This document shows positions 57,013 through 64,000 of a stretch of 64,000 nucleotides of DNA, piece by piece. Position 1 is the stretch's first letter, and each line of letters begins with the position of its first letter. Below the pieces are notes generated by a model. The model had not been told where the DNA came from. It was given only the letters and a program-made list of their open reading frames with translations, and made no database searches. The stretch is from Hormiphora californensis (taxonomy: Eukaryota > Animalia > Ctenophora). The position numbers were made by a program, and so were the translations under genes. The stretch is from contig CM035350.1 in the NCBI GenBank assembly GCA_020137815.1, forward strand, positions 8,184,001-8,248,000, read 5' to 3'.

Positions 57013-57705
57013 AAAGATAGAGAGAGAGAGAGAAAGAGAGAAAAGGTTAGATAAAAGCTAAGCAAGTATGAAGTCGGTTAGTTATTCTACTGTTTTGGTT
57101 ACACTTACAAATAAATATGGCAAGTTTTGAGTTTTAGCTTTTCGGTGCTATTTTACGAAACCTTCAACAGCAAGTTTAAAATGGTTTGAAAAATTACAGG
57201 CCTAAATGAAAAGCCTAGTAAGCGAGTAAGCGATGGTTAAAGTGACTTAAGGTGTTGGAAATAGATATGAATTTGCACAAGCGTGCACGCTCAATAGTGT
57301 ACAGGAAATGGCGATTAATACTCAAGACCTACTAACTCTTATTGTGCTTTCTCGGAAGTTAGCGAGAGCTGTATCCTAGCAACGAAGAACACAACCACAA
57401 CGTTATAAAGTAGTCCTGCAGCTGGTGTGTATCTGCATCAACTAGTAATACAGTAATAAACATAATATGTGAAAGGAAGCACCTTAGCACATATCTAGCA
57501 GATCTTCACCACGTTATGTCCTTCAGTAATCATATTTGATTAATACATAAAGTGAAGCAAGAACGAAAGCCATGCTGTAAAAGAGGGGGTCTAGGGACCG
57601 CGGCAAGCTGTGTGTTGGAGGAGCATGGTGTGCGTGTATTTAATCAACTCCATGCATCTGTCCATGGCCTGCACTTTGCAGTATATTTCTCTGAACATCC
57701 AAGTA

Positions 57706-57877
57706 CAGTCGGACCCCGATTTAACGGCCCCCGGTTTAGCGGCACCCCGATTTAACGGCAGCATAATCTTCCCCCGATATGGGAATTTAACATTATTTGA
57801 CCCCGATTTAGCGGACACTCCGATTTAACGGACAAAACCCTTTCCCCCGAGGATGCCGTTAAATCGGGGTCCGACTG
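57706..57877. mobile_element. Tc1/pogo-type MITE, same family as 19671-19841
   Basis: TIRs CAGTCGGACCCCGATTTAACGGC / GCCGTTAAATCGGGGTCCGACTG, TA flanks. Confidence 0.92.
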
Positions 57878-58324
57878 TAGTATGCTGAAGAGAAAGCGTA
57901 CTATTTTACTCAGTAGTACAGCTGAGCCATTAGGTAACTGCTCACCACCAGCATTGAAGAGGGATAGAAGTTAAAGGGAGAAAGAATATGGAGAAAATGA
58001 GAGATGGTAGTAGAGAGAGAGAGATTCTTTAATTAAGTTATTGCAGGGAAGAAAGCCCTGAGTATGTTTGCAAAAATTTCTAATTTTCAAACGCTGCTAA
58101 TTGTTCGCACTCGATGTAGAAGAAAAGGTAGGGAGATAATCCAAAAAAGGTAAGTGGTTAAACTATTTTTTGAACTAGATAAAAGCATTCAATTCATCAA
58201 TTTTCCCGTTTCATTTTATGCCTTTTTATTTATCCAGGCAGAGAAAAAAAGGAAATTACAGTCCAACATGGTTATGCTGGCATGGAATAATAACAAGTTT
58301 CCCCAAAAACCAAATGTCTCTTAC

Positions 58325-58331
58325 CTTCCAT
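58325..58331 (-). CDS. PRKG: Weak candidate PKG alternative first exon: ME
   Basis: taaaATG GAA G|gtaaga; phase 1. Too short to exclude chance. Confidence 0.35.
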
Positions 58332-59998
58332 TTTAGTTTTCCAGTTCGTCACAAAAAGAAACCTTATTTTTTCAGTGGCACAAAATTCCAATTCGAACGA
58401 GCGAAGAATAATAATAGGATTATGTAAGCCTACTGAATGCTTGTTGCATAACACAGTTAAATATTGTGCCGAAGCTGTCCGAATGTCAATTGGAATTGGT
58501 TTGACGGTTATCAATCGATATTGTACAAAGGTTCTTTTCCATGTACCGACGGAGTACTGGCCGGTTTACCATTCATCCCATTGTTCCATCCAACATATAA
58601 CTGTTCCGCCATGTTCCGGGCCTCTACAATGACCTTCTTTACAGTCGACATGTCACTTGATTCCGTTGTATGCGTCGTTTAATTGTCGAGTGGGTGGAAG
58701 AATTAATTCCATGAAGCAAATTTGCAGGAATTGCGGCTGTATAATTAGAAAGGCCATTTGATTAAAAATCAGGGCCCTTTAATAAAAGCACTTCCTGACG
58801 TAATGAATTTAACGCAGAACTACGCAGTGAAGAAAGAGTAAGCTACCTTAACTCATTGCAGTAAACAAATACTACCACACATTTTAATGGCCGATTAGCT
58901 ACTCCAATAACCGATTTCATCATGAAAAAATAATCATAAGAATGGAAGTAGGAACATGATTACATTATAAATAGCATCAAGCAACGGCCGATTTGTTCAA
59001 AGAAATGAATACACAATTAGAGTAATCTAACTAGTTGGGAGCATTATAACCTTTAAAAGAGAATTCTAGAAGCTGTGGTCCCTTCAAAGATCTAGTTGAA
59101 GCTAAAGGGGGTTGTAGTAAAAACGTGGGGGGTCTTCCTACATAAAACACAATTTAACTAATCAATCACTCACGAATGACGTGCATCCCCCCAGTCACAC
59201 ACAGAGAGAGTGCCAATAAAGAGCGGCTGCAAGGGTGGGAAAAAGTCACTTGTCTTTTTGTGTGTCTGTCATTTTTTAAGAGTATCATTTAGGATGTCAG
59301 TATGTGCATATATATATATAAGTTTGTTTGTATGTGCGGTATAGCTATGAAGTAAAGTATGAATTGTGTTTTGCAGCGTCAACTGTGTGTGTAATGTGTG
59401 TAGTATGTGTGCCTGGTGTACTTGCCAGTAAGACCCCCTACTTAGATGATGTCGTGTATTGTTCATACTAGGTGCAACAGCACAAGTATGTACCAACCAG
59501 TTTTCGGTAAGTTGACATTGGTGTGATTTGTGCTTGTGAATATTTCTAATGATTGGCTAAAATAGGCTGTTCCTATAAACAGAAGATTAGAAGCACAGAA
59601 TCCCATAACCAAAAAGCTGAACAGGTTGCCGACATCGACCGCAAATTGTATACAGGCGTGTAGTATGAAGACAATCTCCCTGAATCTATGCTCTCCTTTC
59701 CTTTCTCTCTCTCCTTCTCTCTCTCACACACACACTCTCCCTCACCTAAAGCCAGTGTGTTGCAGTAACGACCCGCACACACCGCACACACGCTGAGGTA
59801 AAATAAGGAGATGGAGAGCAAAGGACTTGGTGAGAGAAAGACAGGTAAAGAAGGAGAGAGATACAGAAAAAGTGGAACGACAGATCGGTGGACACTGGTC
59901 AGGTGGCATTGTAGGGACACACAAGGCACCGTGATGGCCCATATAACCAGGAGAAAGATCAGCTCAGGTTGCAACAACTACTGTTTCCCAGTGTGCAT

Positions 59999-60095
<97 letters not shown>

Positions 60096-61519
60096 TGGAA
60101 TCAATTAGATATTCAAAAAGATTAATATTAAGTTTATGCCCCTCTTAAGCCACAACGTATAAAATCCCTTAACATCTTTGATCTACTTAGCTGAATTCAG
60201 ATTTCAAAATATACATGCTTTCTCTTTGAATAAGACCTGTTGCTGTATTTAGGTGCCGGGGGTCGGTGGCAAGAAAGCGGCCCACCTATGAGATGAATTT
60301 AAGATTATTAGACCAGTCGAACAGTATGCCTAGTGGTGGGTGATGATTTGATGAAAAGATCACTACCATCACGATTACACACTACCATAGATGTGATTAC
60401 CAGCGGAAAGTATTACACACAGGACAACAGCTGAGAAATTTCACAGCCCAATTTTCTACTTTTTATTATCTCTTTTACATTCAAATTATACCATGTATTC
60501 TCTGAATGGATTTCCCATTTCTCGTGGTATAAGAAAAGGTAGAATTTGTCACTCGAAGGAATCAGGAGATAAAAAGTCCTATTATAGATGAGAGAAAAAT
60601 GATAGAGTGATAGAAAGAGCCGCCCGTAACCTGATACATTTATCCTTCACCTGTTAGTAATGACAACATGTCATTAGCAACCACTTTCAAGCGCAATAAC
60701 ACCAACATGCGATTCATTCATATAACATATCTCAAGAAACTGAATCATGTACAATTGCCAGCCAAACAATGTTCTAAATTTATTTTGATGAGTTTGGCTT
60801 ATTAGGATATAAAAAATGAAACTACATGTATTTGATGATATTATTGATCGGTTTGAAAAGCTGTCATAACCCTCCTGCTTTTGCGATGCACATGGAGACA
60901 GAAAGGGTCGAAAAAGACAAGCAAAGCCCCAAAGAATAATGTAGTGCATGAAAAATGAATTATGTGACTGTAAATTTTAATAGTTAAAACTATAAAGAAC
61001 ACCTTCTAAATGTGACCCTCCACGAAGATGATTTAAAACTGTCGATTTTCTTTAATCGCTTTATAATCCTTACGTAATTCATCATGTTCCATTCCATGGA
61101 ATGTTTCATTCCATTCCACAAAACTGGAAAACCAGCGCAATTGTGTATAAAATGACTTTGTGCTAGAGAACACATATATAATTGTACTATGTTATGTTGT
61201 ATGCTTTAATCAACAATACTTCTGTCTATCTAAATCTCTTATTATCTGCCCTTCTCACCCTCTCGCTCTCCTTCAACTAAAGTTAGTATAATGCTAGCAT
61301 TGTATAACACTCTAAGGACCGTACAGATTAATTGCAATCAACTGCAGCAATTTGATCATGTAGACCAAAGAAGCTCCATACTACCCATTACTAACCCACG
61401 TTCACTAATTCAGTTATGTAATCATCTGTTCACAGCCTACTAATCCCAAGTTCACTACTATTGCTATTTACTTTTTAGTCCCAACTTATAACACTCTGCT
61501 ATACTAACTGCTAACTTAC

Positions 61520-61577
61520 CCTCAGAGACGGATGGAAGCTTTGGAAGTTTCTTGGTTTTCCCTCCTCCTGACTTCAT
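61520..61577 (-). CDS. PRKG: Candidate PKG alternative first exon: MKSGGGKTKKLPKLPSVSE
   Basis: gcaATG ... GAG G|gtaagt; phase 1. Confidence 0.65.
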
Positions 61578-62654
61578 TGCCGGATCACGTGATGTACCCT
61601 GTGTCAATTGCTACAAAAATTTGGGGGGGAAGGGTTACGGTTGGCAAAAAGAAAGGGGAAATACAAACCCTTTACGAATTGTTACGAAAAACTTGTATAA
61701 TCAAGCGGGGAAAAAAAAAGGGTTTTAAAAAATTAATAAAAAAGGTCGAGAAAGTATACTGAAAAAAATCCAAAAGTAAATGTTAGTAGAAATGGTAGGA
61801 AGGTTGGGGTTAAAACGAGAATTTTCTTTAAAAAATTTTTTTTTGGATAATATTCAAAGGTTCCGTTTTCTTACATCAAAATGGTCTTTTTTTATAATGT
61901 AAATATCTTATTGAGGCATGCTCCAATTGACCACTACTTAAAAGTTTTCAAAAAAATAATTTAAAAAAACCATACAAGAATTCTAACAAAAACCGAGAAG
62001 CACAAATGTTGCAATTACACGCTAGATATAACCATTCGCGAAATACAAATACAATGGTTAGGAAGAGAGTCAAGGGCATGGCAGCTTGGTAACATTCGGT
62101 TGCCATATAGGGTCTGAAGACTCCCAACTCAAGTACTCGTTCTCTTTCCTTTAAAGTTCTTTAAAGTTCTACTTCTCAGCCTTCTCTCCCTAGTTATACA
62201 TCCCCTCTCTATCCCTTTCTCTCCCTTTCTCTTCTTCACATTATCCCTAATATTTTACTTGCTTGTAGTTAAGCTTCGTCATGGGTGGTCACAATATTCG
62301 TGCGTTATTTGCCATGATTTCTAACACTCTCTCGGTCTCTCTCCCTCTATTATATATCTCTCTCTCACTCCCCCGCTATCTCACTCTTCCTCTATCTGTC
62401 TCTCTATGTCTCTCTTACTCGAATCCTCGCTCTCTCTCTTCCCCTCTGAACCGTCCCATATCATCGTGTGTGGGACTCAATGTGGGAGGTATTACGAGAT
62501 TGACGAATGGATTATCAGCGATTTGGGTTTTAATGAGAAGTAAAGTGTGTGTGTGTGTGTGCCTCCCTCCTCCCCGCTAAAACAATCGCTCGGAAACGCT
62601 ACATAAAACCACGTGAACTAGTTGTTTCCCTGTGTAACCTTTAAAATCACTTAC

Positions 62655-62697
62655 CATCTGTTGGCAAGTACTTCTGAGACGACGTCCCACAGCCCAT
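62655..62697 (-). CDS. PRKG: Candidate PKG alternative first exon: MGCGTSSQKYLPTD (myristoylation/palmitoylation motif)
   Basis: ATG GGC TGT GGG ACG TCG ... GAT G|gtaagt; phase 1. An upstream acceptor-like ctctctcag lies at ~62709-62717. Confidence 0.72.
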
Positions 62698-63256
62698 CTA
62701 GCGGTTATCTGAGAGAGAGGGAAGTGGTTGTATAATATTTGGGGAATATCAAATATTAATTGATTGGCCATGAATGATAGAAATAGATCTAATGAGGGAA
62801 CTTTTGTTGTTTTATCACCTGTTGAAGCTGTCCTGGAGTTGATCTCGGATGATTAGAATATCTCGGTATATAGAGAATGCTACTGCCGTGTCATTGCTGA
62901 GTGTTTATTTAGAAACAGGAACCTATCGTTATAATAAAGTGGTTGGGTTAGTTCATCATGGTATGCCTTTAAAAAATTTAACAATTGCAATACATATGTA
63001 TTTACAATGTTTACATCTCAAAAATGTTTTGAATGTTACATCTCAAAAATAGGGTATCGGTAAAGGTTTGAAACTTTGATATATAGATTTATAGTACGGA
63101 GTGTACGAATGAGTTATCAATCAAACTATGTGAATGTAACAGCATAAAATTCTGAGAAATAAATAAATTATTAGAGGAACTGAGAAAAAGAGCGTGAGAG
63201 GATAAAATAGCTCGAAGAAGGGAGAGATACACAGAAATGAAAGAAAGATAGATAGA

Positions 63257-63317
<61 letters not shown>

Positions 63318-64000
63318 ATGCTCTTTCAGCTAATTGTCGCTTCCGTAAGAAATGAAGCAACAGATTGTCAACCTGAGCAAGTTGTACGAACGGTGCCTTT
63401 CATTAACAAACCCGGTGGGCTGATATAACCGGGCATACAAAATGTAGATAAGAAAAGGAAAACAAATTCCAAAATAGCTGTAAATACTTCCAACCTTGTT
63501 CATATCAATGTCATCTTAAATGGAGTTGGTCTCTAGAGTCTATAGTTATGAGATAATAATCATTTCGGCAAATACGAGCAATTCATGTTCATCATAGACA
63601 CCGCATGGTATCACAATTGTCCATTATCATTATATTAAAACCGCAACTTTAACATAGTGGGAACAAATAAGGCGAAGTATAATAATAGTATGAACAATAC
63701 AAAAGTATAGTTATACTCTAAGAAGTTCTAAAAGAGTGAGAGAGAGAGTGTGTGTGAGAGAGAGTGTCATCCAAGAGCTGATTCAGTTGCTGGTCCCTGT
63801 CCCTACTACCATACTAGCGAATGTAGAGAGAGGGGCCTGTAGCTTCAAGCGTGACGAATAGAAGGAGAAAAAGAAGATAAATTGACACTAGTAAACAAGG
63901 AACAAACAAAATCCGTTGATTTTCGCACTGCAAGTGCAAACATCAACAATTACTGTAACGAGTCTCTTCTGAATTTTCTCTCTGTCTCCGTCTTGCCCGC

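Noticed and set aside
59573-59977. Signal-peptide-like ORF or PKG exon ending TTAG|gtgagg
   Set aside because: Non-ATG start and it runs through a CT-rich tract; at most an untranslated exon.
60651-60669. Additional phase-1 ATG exon candidates MLSLLT (here) and MKGTVRTTCS (63373-63403)
   Set aside because: Weak donors (gtgaag, gttgac); these are within chance expectation.

Overview
Intron-rich, microsatellite-rich animal genomic DNA. It is probably a cydippid ctenophore such as Pleurobrachia; this is inferred only from my recollection of its abundant MITE/repeat families and is not verified. I reconstructed five spliced host genes exon by exon from GT-AG boundaries and homology: exportin-7 (XPO7/RanBP16-17, +), a CLK/LAMMER kinase (+), a divergent cytosolic-MDH-family dehydrogenase (+), golgin-A7/ERF4 (+) and a cGMP-dependent protein kinase (PKG, -). 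The window also holds a near full-length CR1/L2-group LINE broken by a nested non-LTR insertion, plus many MITEs, foldbacks and minisatellites. Main findings: (1) the ~15 kb apparent desert at the right end holds 6-7 candidate alternative first exons of PKG, all phase-1 compatible, one encoding an MGCxxS acylation signal. (2) Four tandem frame-preserving micro-exons lie in the PKG linker. (3) The MDH paralog has His at the oxaloacetate-specificity Arg and Tyr at a conserved Gly, resembling neofunctionalised protist 2-hydroxyacid dehydrogenases. (4) XPO7 has duplicated alternative last exons. (5) A GOLGA7 intron minisatellite is made of repeated 3' splice sites. None of the splicing claims has transcript evidence here.
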